Source: Paramoeba atlantica (taxonomy: Eukaryota > Protista > Discosea). From it: a stretch of DNA of 64,000 nt. A program made the translations under genes and the position numbers. The notes beneath the pieces were generated by a model. It made no database searches, was not told the DNA's origin, and saw nothing but the letters and a program-made list of their open reading frames with translations. Shown here piece by piece: positions 42,716 through 54,188 of the stretch (position 1 is its first letter; each line of letters opens with the position of its first letter). Location of the stretch: positions 1-64,000 of the forward strand of contig CDRNVI010000039.1 in the NCBI GenBank assembly GCA_977017575.1, given 5' to 3'.

Positions 42716-44773
42716 ATGGAGAACTCTTGTACTGCATCTGAAGACAAGGAATTCGTGCTGCTGCAGATGGAGGAATTGCGACAAACGGAATCTCAACTTC
42801 TTTTGCCTTCTGCTGTTCATCGATTACTATATCCTCTTGTAGATCGCATTCTATCTCTCCCCATTGAAGCAAAAGCGTGCGATACCCCAATGAGCACTGC
42901 TAAAGATCACGACTACGAAGATGGATTCGTACGCGAAAATTACAGACATGAATCTGACATTCTACGCGATTTAGCCATAAAGCACAGTGACTTTTGCAAT
43001 ATTCTTCTGGAGTCCGTCATCGAGATTCTTGTTCCGGGATTTGAGAAATACGAAAGCCATACCCGGAGAGTAATGCTTCTTAACGCTATTTCCCTTATGT
43101 ATGACGTGAAAATAGCTTCGTCGGGAACCTTATTTTTTGAGTGTAACACCACTATTTCTACGCAAACTCAGAATGCAGAAACCAACTTACCCACCGGTAC
43201 AGATTTCACGGCGTCCTCCCGGCGCAACTTTACCAAATTCTGGCTCTTTTGCCTGCAACATTTAGACACGGAACTACACTCTCTCCCCTGCCCCCATTGT
43301 GTCCCCCCGTCACCCACCACCCCCCTCCTACGCCGCACCCGTCTCCGCCTCCTCCGCTCCCTCACAGACCATATCCTCCCACTTCTCACCTCCCCCCTCA
43401 TCCTCCTGGACTACCTGATCGCTAAACTTCAACTGGCACGACGACAACAACAACTACTCAAGGTTACCCCATCCGACGACTCCTCCTCTAAGGCTTCTAC
43501 CTCTCATCCCGATCACAACAACAACAACAATACTAACAATAACAATATTGATCCTCATAACGATACCATCAAAACATCCAAACCTCATCCTGTCCTTCCC
43601 CCCTCAGATCCTGTCCCACCCCCACCCCTTCTATCTCCCCACCACGCCGACCCCCTCACGCCATTGAACCCGACGACGACTTCTCCTACTCCTTACAAAC
43701 CCCTTACGTCATTGAACCCGACGACGACTACTCCTACTCCTTACAAACCCCTTACGTCATTGAACCCGCAGACGACTACTCCTACTACGACTACTCCTAC
43801 TACACCTACTACGACCATGCCTACGCCTACACCTACTACGCCTACACCTACTACGCCTACCACTACTACGACCACTCCTACACCTACTACGCCTACGCCT
43901 ACCCGCTTCGACCCCGACGCCCTCGCCCTCTCCTGCGCGGCCCTCCCCCCCCTCGCCGCCCTCCTCCTCCTCTCCCCCCACCCCGTCGAGGCCCCCTCCT
44001 TCCTCCCCGGCCTCCTCGGCCTCCTCCGGCACCCCGGCTTCCCCCACATGGGCGGACCCACGGCCGCGGGGCTCCACCTGGTCGGGGAGATCCTCAAAGG
44101 GGGCCACCTCCCCGACGCCCTGGTCCACGTGTTCTGTGGCACACTGGGGGCGGTGGCACGGGAGAGGGCCCCGGCGCCCGTGGCGCAGAGGGTGCTGGAG
44201 GTGGTGAGGGGGGTGGTGGGGGGACGGCAGGGGGTGGGGGTGGGGGGGAGGGGGAGTAAGGGGGGAAAGAGGGGAAAGAGGGGAAAGTCGCAAGAAGGGG
44301 TAGTGGTGTATGAACGGGTGGGGAGGCTGCCGGGGGGGTTGGGGAGGGAGGGGGGAGAGGGGACGGGGACGGGGGGGAAGGAAAGGGGAGGAGGGGGAAA
44401 AAGGGAGAGGGGGGAGGAGGAGGAGGAGGGAGGGGAAGGAGGAGGAGGGGAGGAGGAGGATCAGGGGTTGCTGTTAAAGACGTTGGTGGCGTTAGCCCAG
44501 CATCCGAGTCAAGGGGTACGGTCTGCTGCGCTGTCGTTTCGGTCGTTGCTGGGGAGGAACCCGGGCCGTACGTTTGTTGAGGTGGGGGAGAGGGAGGATG
44601 TGGGCGGAAAGGGTGGGCACGCCAGGGATTCCATAAAGGATGCCTATGGTTTGCTCCTCCAACGCGAGTTGAGTGCGAAACCCCGATTTCCGTCTGGGAT
44701 ATCTGGATTTCAGGATGAGGTGTTCGACAACGCAATGGAACAGTTGTGGGTTTCAACGGATACGCAGCCTTGA
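42716..44773 (+). CDS. NOC4: CBF/Mak21-domain nucleolar protein, NOC4-like, with Pro/Thr and Gly/Glu inserts
   Basis: HILPLLTSPLILLDYL, VEAPSFLPGLLGLL, HLPDALVHVF...APAPV and LAQHPSQGVRSAA follow the Noc4 CBF motif order. Confidence 0.65.
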   Translation: MENSCTASEDKEFVLLQMEELRQTESQLLLPSAVHRLLYPLVDRILSLPIEAKACDTPMSTAKDHDYEDGFVRENYRHESDILRDLAIKHSDFCNILLESVIEILVPGFEKYESHTRRVMLLNAISLMYDVKIASSGTLFFECNTTISTQTQNAETNLPTGTDFTASSRRNFTKFWLFCLQHLDTELHSLPCPHCVPPSPTTPLLRRTRLRLLRSLTDHILPLLTSPLILLDYLIAKLQLARRQQQLLKVTPSDDSSSKASTSHPDHNNNNNTNNNNIDPHNDTIKTSKPHPVLPPSDPVPPPPLLSPHHADPLTPLNPTTTSPTPYKPLTSLNPTTTTPTPYKPLTSLNPQTTTPTTTTPTTPTTTMPTPTPTTPTPTTPTTTTTTPTPTTPTPTRFDPDALALSCAALPPLAALLLLSPHPVEAPSFLPGLLGLLRHPGFPHMGGPTAAGLHLVGEILKGGHLPDALVHVFCGTLGAVARERAPAPVAQRVLEVVRGVVGGRQGVGVGGRGSKGGKRGKRGKSQEGVVVYERVGRLPGGLGREGGEGTGTGGKERGGGGKRERGEEEEEGGEGGGGEEEDQGLLLKTLVALAQHPSQGVRSAALSFRSLLGRNPGRTFVEVGEREDVGGKGGHARDSIKDAYGLLLQRELSAKPRFPSGISGFQDEVFDNAMEQLWVSTDTQP

Positions 44774-44938
44774 TATTTATTTTTGATCGAATAAGAAACA
44801 AATTGGCTTTATAAGAGTATATCTTTACTTTACTTTAGGAGTTTATAAAATTTTAGTGAAACTACATGTATTCTTAATGATATTGTTTCTAAGTATCAGG
44901 TCGTGCGTATTGGTTTTGCTAAGTTATGTTTGTCATGA

Positions 44939-46681
44939 ATGGCTTCTGATGCAAGTACAACCCGAACGGGGTCCTCCGAGGGATGGGGAGCTGATGCTCT
45001 GCAGCGATTTACAAACCACTATGTCCCTCAAAATTTAGTTGTTAGACAACTTGAAATGGGGGCACTTCTTGGGTTCGCCCAAATGAGCTGTTGCAAGATT
45101 TGTCACTCAAAAGAGAAATGTTCCGTAGGGAAAAGTAAGAAATCCCGAAATGTTAAGAATAAAGATGAAGGTTTGTGTGCTCCGTGCACAGAGGCCCGAA
45201 AACACCTCTTTTCTGTCTGCGGCAAAGACTCTGTAGAAGATGCCGGCGTACACAAAAGTACTTTAAAAGCGCAATGTCGAGTTCTTCATCTTGCGGCTTT
45301 TCCAGGCAGTGGAAAAACAATGCTACTACAAAAACTGGAAGACTATAAACGTGCTTATCGCTCCCACGAAAGAAAAAGTGTAGAAGAAAAGAAAAAACAT
45401 GCTCAGATTGATCTCGAGACGTCATCGTTGCGAGACGCAGACCATATAGAAATTATGTCTTGTGCAGCGAAATCTTGGTCATGTGTGCTGCAAACTTTAC
45501 TTCAAAAAATTGATATTGAAGCCGAGTCACATCGTGGAAAACTTTCAGCGAAGCTCCAGGGAGATAAACTACGTGACGCTATAGTAGATAAATTAGAAGA
45601 ATATAGTGGACTTATCATACTGGATGAAATTGATACCGTTCTTACTATGGGATCTCACATAGGTTACTCTCATCCCACACGAAAACGTAGCAGCCAAAGT
45701 CAAGCTGAGTCCTGTCACAATCATTTTGAGTTTCTTATCAGTGCCTTGAGTCGATTTAAGAGCTGGACGCGCGTGGGGGTTGTGCTCATATCCAACAACG
45801 TAAACATCCACCCCAGTGCTGTGATCCGTCCCTCAATTCGCACGAGCGTATACACTATGCTGCTACGTGCATACGAAAAGGAGGAAATTCAAAAAATTAT
45901 TTTAGAACGCTGTGCGGGTGAGGCCATTTTCGAAGAATCCGCTCTTGCCTACGTCACCTCGCTGGGTAACGACATTCGCAGGCTACTCACCATCATTCTA
46001 AACGCCATGCTGCGTGTACGGGATGCCCAATCTGTGGTGTGTCCATCGAATACGGATGTCACAAATCACAAAAAATCGAAATCCCCTCCCTACTTACGCA
46101 AACTTAAGATTACGGACATTGTGGAGTCGTGTTCCGGGCAAGGGGACATTACGCTACGACAAGTTCGTACCGCGTTGCGTGCACTGAGTCCAGAGTTACA
46201 ACTTTTGTTGGTCGGGATGATTGCACTTCAACAGGGGCGTGAATGCCCCACGGTCACGGCTGCACAACTCTATGGGTGGGTATCCACACAGGGCACCGCA
46301 GCCACCCAACTTACGGAACTCATCAATGTGACACAATTTTGTAACGCGTTACATTCGTTGTGTGACTTAAGCTTGTTACGTAGCAGTGGGCTACGGGGGA
46401 ATGGAAGTCAAATGTTTATGGCCTCCCTAAATAAAAAAGGAGCGGCCCCCGGAAAGGGTATTATGGGAACGAGTGGGCATCACTGTCGACTTCACCTCTC
46501 GTTTGATCTCCGTGTGTTGACCACCGCGATGCGACACCTGATGATGGGAAGTGGAATCCCGGAGAGTGTGGCGGGTGGCGAACCCGTGCTTCGATCAGCC
46601 GGTTCTGATTTTGTGGTGTTCCGCGCCACAGAGGGGTATTGGGGGAGTAAAGAGAGTAAAAAAGGGGGTAGGGGGTTATAG
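44939..46681 (+). CDS. ORC1/CDC6-family AAA+ protein (possibly ORC1B-like)
   Basis: Walker A AFPGSGKT, Walker B IILDEID, LISN, YEKEEIQKIILER, NDIRRLL, winged-helix-like tail. Confidence 0.8.
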   Translation: MASDASTTRTGSSEGWGADALQRFTNHYVPQNLVVRQLEMGALLGFAQMSCCKICHSKEKCSVGKSKKSRNVKNKDEGLCAPCTEARKHLFSVCGKDSVEDAGVHKSTLKAQCRVLHLAAFPGSGKTMLLQKLEDYKRAYRSHERKSVEEKKKHAQIDLETSSLRDADHIEIMSCAAKSWSCVLQTLLQKIDIEAESHRGKLSAKLQGDKLRDAIVDKLEEYSGLIILDEIDTVLTMGSHIGYSHPTRKRSSQSQAESCHNHFEFLISALSRFKSWTRVGVVLISNNVNIHPSAVIRPSIRTSVYTMLLRAYEKEEIQKIILERCAGEAIFEESALAYVTSLGNDIRRLLTIILNAMLRVRDAQSVVCPSNTDVTNHKKSKSPPYLRKLKITDIVESCSGQGDITLRQVRTALRALSPELQLLLVGMIALQQGRECPTVTAAQLYGWVSTQGTAATQLTELINVTQFCNALHSLCDLSLLRSSGLRGNGSQMFMASLNKKGAAPGKGIMGTSGHHCRLHLSFDLRVLTTAMRHLMMGSGIPESVAGGEPVLRSAGSDFVVFRATEGYWGSKESKKGGRGL

Positions 46682-46942
46682 GGAATCCAGATGCTGATAA
46701 TTATGATGGCGTTTGGATGAGATGGTTTAGGGGACAAAATAAATCAAAGTTTTGTGCAACAAGGCGGTACATTGTTACAATCTACATTCCAAAATTGCTA
46801 CTATTTGTAGCAATCTTTGGAATGTACGAATTGTGAGGTTTCCATTTTCTTTTGTTTTAAGGCAAAGACGTTTACCCAAATCTTTATTTCTTCATTTATC
46901 CTTCAGACATCAATTTTAACACTCATTTCTAATCGAAACCAT

Positions 46943-47752
46943 ATGCTTCCTCTGACCCTTCTCCCTCTTCTTACCCGTGACGTGCAGGAGCCTCCCACCA
47001 AGCGGCAAAAGACCCAACCCTCCCCTTCCTACCGCCTTGAAATTGTAAACGCACCCCTCGAGGCGGGTCTGGGGGCTCAACTTGCGGCGGAGTCCATGCT
47101 GGAGAAATTCCTCGAAAACGTGCAAGGCAAACACAAGTCATGGAATTCTAAATATGCAGCCTGCAAGTGGTCTGGGGTGAAGTGTGACAAGTACGGCAAT
47201 GTGCGCAACATTGACTGGGGCAAATACCCCCTCGAAGGGACCAACCTGACCTGGGGGTATCTGCCCTCTACGCTCACCCACCTGGACATGGACGGGAAGA
47301 AACGTAAAAAGTACGTCCCTGCCCCGATGTTGCGTGGGGAGGTTCCCTCTGCGGCACTCCCTCGGTCGTTGGTCAAGCTTCGCATCGGGCACAATGCGTT
47401 CAGCGGGGTGTTTGATCTGACCAATCTCCCGGTGGGGTTAAAAAAGCTAACTTTGCGGAACAACGCGTTTGAAGGTCCGTGTGATTTTACGCAGCTTCCT
47501 GTGGCAATGAAAAAGCTGTACTTGTCGCATAATTTGTTTTCGGGGCCTGTTGATGTGACTAAATTGCCACAGAACATGAAGAAATTGGATTTGGAGCATA
47601 ATTTGTTTGTTGGGGAGGTAGACGTAAAAACTCTTCCCAAAGGGCTGAAGCTGCTTAATTTGTTGCAGAATAATTTCACTTCGATCTCGCGGCCTATTCC
47701 AAGTGTTGTGAAAGTTGATATCGATTTAAAGGAGAAAGACCGTTTGCCGTGA
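46943..47752 (+). CDS. LRR protein (family) with N-terminal NLS-like PPTKRQK
   Basis: ACKWSGVKC cap, LRRs; ATG at 46943. Confidence 0.9.
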   Translation: MLPLTLLPLLTRDVQEPPTKRQKTQPSPSYRLEIVNAPLEAGLGAQLAAESMLEKFLENVQGKHKSWNSKYAACKWSGVKCDKYGNVRNIDWGKYPLEGTNLTWGYLPSTLTHLDMDGKKRKKYVPAPMLRGEVPSAALPRSLVKLRIGHNAFSGVFDLTNLPVGLKKLTLRNNAFEGPCDFTQLPVAMKKLYLSHNLFSGPVDVTKLPQNMKKLDLEHNLFVGEVDVKTLPKGLKLLNLLQNNFTSISRPIPSVVKVDIDLKEKDRLP

Positions 47753-48257
47753 TTAAATAGAGCGGCAATGGATATCCATGGAGCTAGCTTTTAAATTATT
47801 TTTTTAAATGTTTTTACTGCTTTCTACTGCTGATTTATTGATTTGATAGTGGACACAATTAAAACAATACAAAGTTAAACCACACTACTATACTTTTTTT
47901 TCACTAAACATGTTTTTCGACACGATATTTCCTCTCAATTAGTCCTACCCAATGTACAATGCAAAATATCTTTGATACCAACGTTATTGGACAATAGCCA
48001 TGCTCATATAGACCGATTTGTGTGTGCATCTCTCTTATCTTTTTATTTTTGTGCAGTAACTCGCAGGTTTTTATGGTATTTGAAACGCAATTTAATGTAC
48101 GATGGTTAGTTTTCCAAAAACGTTGCATACGAACCTAGCCCGTACGGGGGACTACAGTAAAATTGTACAGTAGATTCTACAAAACTACTGTATAAAATTT
48201 ATACTTTAGCGGTTGTAAATATTTTATCTAGATCATTTGCCCAAAGCTGCTACCGAG

Positions 48258-48964
48258 ATGATTATTTCCAACATGCTAACCACGTGGGAATCTGCGGATT
48301 CATCTTCCGTCTCTCGCCTCGGTAGAATAAATAGAATTACGTTTTCTCCCGAACTTCAGCTTTATAGTTTTTGCAAAACGTGACTCACCCAGAGTACAAT
48401 TGGAACCTGACAACTCCCATAGACAAATGAGAAGGAGTCGCCTGTGATCAATCGGGGCAAGTCAAAGAAATTGTGTGGACAGCAAAGCGCTTGAAAGGCG
48501 CACTCTCATGGAGATTCTTGCCATGCCAGCTCACAATGCTCAAGATTTCAGAGAACCAATTTAGTCAAGCAATGGAGTACACGGCGCTGCCTGATTCCTT
48601 GCAGACTTTGTACGGTAGTGAATGCGGCTTTCATGGAGAGCTTCCCCTTAATCTTCTTCCGCGAACCCTGGATACTCTGTCCTTATTTGACAACGAACTA
48701 AACGGGACCCTTGTGTTGCAGGACTTACCACCACAAATTCGCAATGTGTGGCTTCACAAGAATAAGCTCTCTGGTGAGATATTTTTTCATAATTTACCTC
48801 ATCCTTTGGAAATGCTCTACCTGCACTACAATAAGTTTGATGCAGAAGTTGATGTATCAATTTTACCTCAGAGAACGAACGAGGTTTTTTTGCATGGCGA
48901 TGAACTTTTTATTCGAGGTTTCCATCTAGCACAGTCGTGGATGGCCCTGTTTGAGAGACCCTGA
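48258..48964 (+). pseudogene. LRR family pseudogene
   Basis: SRLGRIN head; -1 frameshift in a T run at ~48368-48372; TGA at 48428-48430 replaces the conserved cap Trp (DK*EGVAC). Confidence 0.8.
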
Positions 48965-49261
48965 TTGAAATGTTCTAGTCTAATAATAAAGCAAATAATA
49001 TTCCCAGTCGCGTGGTAATCCTTGCGATGTCCACAACCGTGATATGATATTGAAATGTTCTAGCCTAATAAAATATACTCTCTAAAAAATTCATTTTTAT
49101 CCACTTCCTCTCCTTTGTTTGCCAGCCATCTTCGATCGTTAGATTAAGCACGACGATTATTCTTAATTTTTAAGAAGTCATGACTTTAAAGTCTACTCTT
49201 TTGTAAATTAACTGTTCTTATACCATTACTGCATCCTCAATTTCATAGGCTCCGGGACGGA

Positions 49262-50521
49262 ATGGAGGCTACCTTTCCTATGTCGGAGCATCTGTTACAT
49301 GCAGCCCCTTTTCTTGTCATTGTCGCCATGGCACTGTGCGTGATTTATGTGGGCGCGTGGCGTAGTGTTGAAAGCGCTTCTCATCCCGATACAGAGCAAA
49401 TGGATCACAACTCTGCACTTCGTTTTCCCGTCGTTGGTAGTGTCGTTCTACTCTCACTGTACGTGGCCTATCGCTACCTACCGAAATATTATCTAAATCT
49501 ACTTCTTTCCGGGTACTTTTGTTTTCTGGGCGTTTTTGCTGTTACCGAGACGTGTCGTCCATGGCTCGGAGAAAATAAAGGTCCCGAAATTATTGCCGTC
49601 CTGCTCTGCGGGTATCATTTTCTGTACCCCCACTGGTTGCTCAACAATGGCCTGGGCCTGTGTTTCTCCCTAACGGCTCTAGAGGTGATTACAGTGGGTA
49701 GTACCCAAATAGGAGTTCTGCTGCTTTCCGTGTTGTTTTTTTACGATATCTTTTGGGTGTTCGGCACAGAGGTGATGGTGTCTGTGGCCACGCAGGTGGA
49801 GGGTCCAATAAAGCTAATGGTACCAAAGTCGCTTTCCCCGGAGGCTACTGTCGCATTTCACATGCTTGGGTTAGGGGACATAGTTCTCCCTGGGCTGTTT
49901 ATCTCTCTAATGCTCCGTTTCGATCGGAGCTTGGCCCATGTGGATGCAAATGAAACAAAGACAGTTAAAAAGTCCTCGCGAGCTGGGCGCAAACTTCAGA
50001 AAACGTCACCGCCTCACAATTCGTACTTTACGACCGCAATGGTGTGTTACGTCGGCGGGCTGATTCACACCATCTGCTCCATGTTTCTTCATGAAAGAGC
50101 CCAACCCGCTCTTCTGTACTTAGTACCTTGGACAGTAGGCGGCGTATGTGCACTTGCAATGCTTCGTGGAGAATTATCCGAGTGGTGGAGTTATACAGAA
50201 ATGGAGGTCGAAGATGAAGGTTTGAATAAAACAAACTATGATCGTTTGAAACAGTTTCTGGGTGTGGAACCCACGAAAACGGGAAACAAGAAATCCACGT
50301 CTTCTGAAGTTGATATGGACGATGCGAGAATTGATTCCAGGCAGACGAGTTCCGAGAAAAAACTGCAAAAACCGAAAAATACAACGACTGGCAGCTCCTC
50401 TGTTACGCGTACAAAAACATTGAAAAGGTCGAGTTCTACGACTCGTAAGAGCTCACGTCGAAGTGCAAGCAAGGCTTCAAGAACGTCATCTGTCGCTCGC
50501 AAAAAAACTACGCTTACGTGA
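49262..50521 (+). CDS. SPP: Signal peptide peptidase (A22B aspartyl intramembrane protease)
   Basis: YDIFWVFGT, LGLGDIVLPG, QPALLYLVP. Confidence 0.95.
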   Translation: MEATFPMSEHLLHAAPFLVIVAMALCVIYVGAWRSVESASHPDTEQMDHNSALRFPVVGSVVLLSLYVAYRYLPKYYLNLLLSGYFCFLGVFAVTETCRPWLGENKGPEIIAVLLCGYHFLYPHWLLNNGLGLCFSLTALEVITVGSTQIGVLLLSVLFFYDIFWVFGTEVMVSVATQVEGPIKLMVPKSLSPEATVAFHMLGLGDIVLPGLFISLMLRFDRSLAHVDANETKTVKKSSRAGRKLQKTSPPHNSYFTTAMVCYVGGLIHTICSMFLHERAQPALLYLVPWTVGGVCALAMLRGELSEWWSYTEMEVEDEGLNKTNYDRLKQFLGVEPTKTGNKKSTSSEVDMDDARIDSRQTSSEKKLQKPKNTTTGSSSVTRTKTLKRSSSTTRKSSRRSASKASRTSSVARKKTTLT

Positions 50522-50852
50522 CCTCACCTCTCGTGAAAACACAGCTGATACAGCAATTTACCGAAAAAAATATTTGAATTATTAGCTGTAACGAAAAAAT
50601 AATGGATCGTAGCAAAAGAGAGCTGCTGGCAGCTAGGAGGACATTTCGGTATTGAGATTTTTATCGAAATATTAATAGGTTATTAGCAGGCTATTAGTAG
50701 GTAGGTTATTTATGGTGTTTTTATTTTGCTTTCCAAGTAGCCAGAGAAGGAACATTCAATTAATTACTTCGCAAAACAACATATTTACATAGGTTCGCTA
50801 TAGTTTTTTTTACGCTCTTAATCCGAAAAATACATCGCCTGCTACAACGAGT

Positions 50853-51680
50853 ATGTCATCCTTCAAAATAGTTTGCTTGTCTTTTCTTATGCGAAGTCTT
50901 ATAGCACCAGACTACACCTCAAGTGCTCGTCGCGGGAAACTTACCAACGTCGAGCTACCTGACGAGTTGCTTATGGAAAGACTTATTGTCGATGTGGACA
51001 ACGCTCCGACTTCTTGGTCCCTTCAAGGAAGAACTTTCTTTGGATGCACGTACTCCGTATCCATATGTTCCTGGGAGGGGGTGCAGTGTAATTCTCATCA
51101 CCAGGTGGAGTCAGTGCGATGGAGTCGTTTTGACCTGCGAAGATATCTTGCTGGAACGATGCGTCTGAGTACACTTCCGCCGACGGTGGTTTACTTCAGC
51201 GTTGTCGGTCATTTAGCACTTCAGGGAACGGTACGGACCTCGACCTTGCCAAATAATGTTACAAGACTGTTTTTGGGTGATAATGCCTTCAATAGCTCAT
51301 TCGATTTATCAACTCTTCCACTGAATTTACAGCATTTAAAAGTGCAAGGAAACGCTTTTTCAGGGAGTATTGATCTTTGCCACATGCCAACCAGACTAGT
51401 GCAACTATTCCTGCATAATAATGCATTCACCGGCGGATTATTGTTCGAGTCTCTACCACTTAGCCTTCGACGTCTAAATTTGAGTGGAAATTATTTTGAA
51501 GGGGTAGTGGACTTAACGCCTTTAATGAATCGTGCACAACAAAACTCCACCATACATGTTTACCTTCAAAATAATTTTCTTAAAGCCAACATAGTCATAA
51601 GCTCATTACCCAATTCGGTATATTTTTTTCCTCAGAGAAAAGCAGTTGAACTAACAAAGGAAAGGTGTGAGAAATACTAA
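50853..51680 (+). CDS. LRR protein (family)
   Basis: RRGKLTNVELPDE, ICSWEGVQC, LRRs. Confidence 0.9.
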   Translation: MSSFKIVCLSFLMRSLIAPDYTSSARRGKLTNVELPDELLMERLIVDVDNAPTSWSLQGRTFFGCTYSVSICSWEGVQCNSHHQVESVRWSRFDLRRYLAGTMRLSTLPPTVVYFSVVGHLALQGTVRTSTLPNNVTRLFLGDNAFNSSFDLSTLPLNLQHLKVQGNAFSGSIDLCHMPTRLVQLFLHNNAFTGGLLFESLPLSLRRLNLSGNYFEGVVDLTPLMNRAQQNSTIHVYLQNNFLKANIVISSLPNSVYFFPQRKAVELTKERCEKY

Positions 51681-52158
51681 GCATACAGTTCTGCTTAAGC
51701 GCTCAAGTGCTTTTTTTCCTCACCCCAGGGAAAGAGGCATCTAATTTAAAAGTAACTCAATGCCAACGAATTCCAAAGAAAATCAAAACTATGCGCACAA
51801 GGCGATCCCGTAATGAACCATTACGGTCCAACCACAGTTCATTTCGGGATATTCGTAACAAAACCCTCCATCAAAATCATTGATCATGATTTCACTCGTA
51901 CCTGAGAATGTCAAAAGGTGAAAATGTTAGAAAAGACTCTAAAGTATCATACTTCAAATACATACTTTAAGTATGTATTTCGCAAGAAGCGGAAACGAAA
52001 AAGAATGAAAACAACTATTACTTATTAGTAGTACTTATTTCTTATTTAAAAAGTGCGCAAACTTCGCTCAGTTTCGCTCAATTCCACCTGCAAGAGTGCT
52101 TTACGCTTTTTACGTGGGCGCCAGTTAGCAGCTATTAATTTCCTTTATTACTCTTCCT

Positions 52159-52881
52159 ATGGACACACCAATAAGCACAAAAGCTCATCGGATTCGCGGC
52201 GCAGTCCTACCCATAGAATACGAGTTGCAGACTTTTCTCTCTCTTACTACGAATCCACCCCCGAGTTGGAATGTCTCCAATCCGTTGGCCTCCTGGAAGG
52301 GAATTCAGAAATATCAATCGAATCCTATCTCAGATGAGATCTTCGGTCTAAATTCGTATAAATTTAAGCTCTCTGGAAAATTAAACTGGAGCGCTCCTCC
52401 TCGAGGGCTTCATTATCTTAATATGTCTGACAATGGCCTTACGGGACCTGTAGATTTCGCGTATCTCCCTGGGTGTCTTAAGGAATTGTTTTTGTATATG
52501 AATCGTTTCCACGGACGCCTTGATGTAAGCCTTCTTCCGGCGGGCATAGAGGTCATCAGTTTCGGTTCGAACAGTTTTGAAGGAAAGTTTGATTTTTCTA
52601 CTTTACCTACAGCGTTGACGTCGGTCATGATTGGTAGGAACCAATTAAGCGGTTGCTTGAACGTTTTAGTGCTACCTTCTGAATTACAGACTTTATGGAT
52701 AGAAGAAAATTTCTTTGACGGAATAGTGAAGCTTGATTTATTGCGGCTTCAATGCGCGAATTTGATTGCATTTAAAATACATGATAACTATTTTACTATA
52801 GAAGGAAACTCGACCAAGCACGCTTGGATTCTGCACCCGCAAAAAGTAGGTAAAAGAAGTAGTAAAAATAAGATTCAGTAA
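52159..52881 (+). CDS. LRR protein (family)
   Basis: HRIRGAVLPIEYEL, SWKGI, LRRs. Confidence 0.9.
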   Translation: MDTPISTKAHRIRGAVLPIEYELQTFLSLTTNPPPSWNVSNPLASWKGIQKYQSNPISDEIFGLNSYKFKLSGKLNWSAPPRGLHYLNMSDNGLTGPVDFAYLPGCLKELFLYMNRFHGRLDVSLLPAGIEVISFGSNSFEGKFDFSTLPTALTSVMIGRNQLSGCLNVLVLPSELQTLWIEENFFDGIVKLDLLRLQCANLIAFKIHDNYFTIEGNSTKHAWILHPQKVGKRSSKNKIQ

Positions 52882-53077
52882 GACGGACCGAAATGTGTAT
52901 AGGAATGGGAGCAATCGAAATAATATTACTGTAACTACATACTCAATACTACTGTGACTACTGTGTGTACGGGCCGTTTGGCCGAAACCCGCGGCACTAG
53001 TGGGGGGCACAGAGTGTATTGTAATCTTGCATAGGAGTACGTACTTTTACAACAATATATGGCTTTTAATTAATAGA

Positions 53078-53965
53078 TTTAGGCTCTTCGTTAAACGCGG
53101 TGGTTGTTTTCAACTTAGAAGTCACTCATGCTGCGCGCTTCGCGTTGAAAGCTACCGCCGCGTTTAACGAAGAGCCTAAAAAAGAATATTCGGCCTGGAA
53201 AACGGAAAGATTATAGCCAAAAATAGCCGAATTTCGGGTAAAAATGAGGTGATTTTCGCGTATTTTTGCTCTCAGAGCACTAAATCCGACATTTGCGCGT
53301 GGGAAATCACTCGTAGGCATGAATGGAAGCCTACCGAACGTATTGGGTAGAGAATGCGACTCCAACCATACCATTCTTTCGACACAAAAATACCCCTTTA
53401 GGTCCGAAAAATACTTTTTCACCTTTTTTAGTCAAAAATGGGTCATTTTGGGGGGCGCACCACTGTTCGAAGAAGGGATACCTTGCGAAAACAACTGCGG
53501 AGAAAGCTAGTGTAGGTCCCAAACTATCAAAATACAATAGGGGAAACGATTTTAGAAAAATATTTTTTTGCCATTTTTTTCGCCAAGTTGAAATTTTTTT
53601 CAAAAAACTTTTTCGGAAAAAATTCGAACTCGGCGGACCCGTCCTGCGGATACGCAGGGGGGTCCCCCCCGGGTAGGGGGGGTGGAAAATGCGCGCCAAG
53701 ACCCCGGCTACCCTTTCTGCGGTTTTTTTTCGAAAACTAATTTTTTCGAAAAAATTTGCTCGACCATGACCCCCCCCCCTGGACCCCCCTGTGGACCCCT
53801 CATTTTTTTCAATTTTTTTTTATGTTTTGGACCACCTGAGCCCCCTTTTATATTTTTTTCTTCTATTATATTACTGTGTTCCTCTTTATATTTTCACTTT
53901 TTTTTGTTCACTTTTTTTTCAATAATCGAGGGTAGAGCGGTAGTTTTACAACCACCGCAAATTCA
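53078..53965. mobile_element. Hairpin-ended dispersed repeat, copy 2
   Basis: Aligns end to end with 265-1154, same orientation, with both hairpins retained. Confidence 0.75.
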
Positions 53966-54188
53966 TACTATGTACTATACGTATGTAGGGTTCCATTATT
54001 CCGTGTGCGTGCATCTACGGACACGTAGTGGAACTAGATGTTGTAGTTATGCAGTCAGGTAAACATACCTCAATCCATTCTTCAGTTAAAATAATACGAA
54101 AATAGTTGCTTGTCTTACTTACAATACTGTAATTATCTTCTTAATTGTCTTGTATAATTATCTTCTCATAATTGTATAAGAAGACCCT

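Noticed and set aside
52970-53001. Helitron-like 3' end (GGCC-GTTT-GGCC hairpin then CTAG-T)
   Set aside because: Stem is only 4 bp, with no second copy or 5' end in the window.
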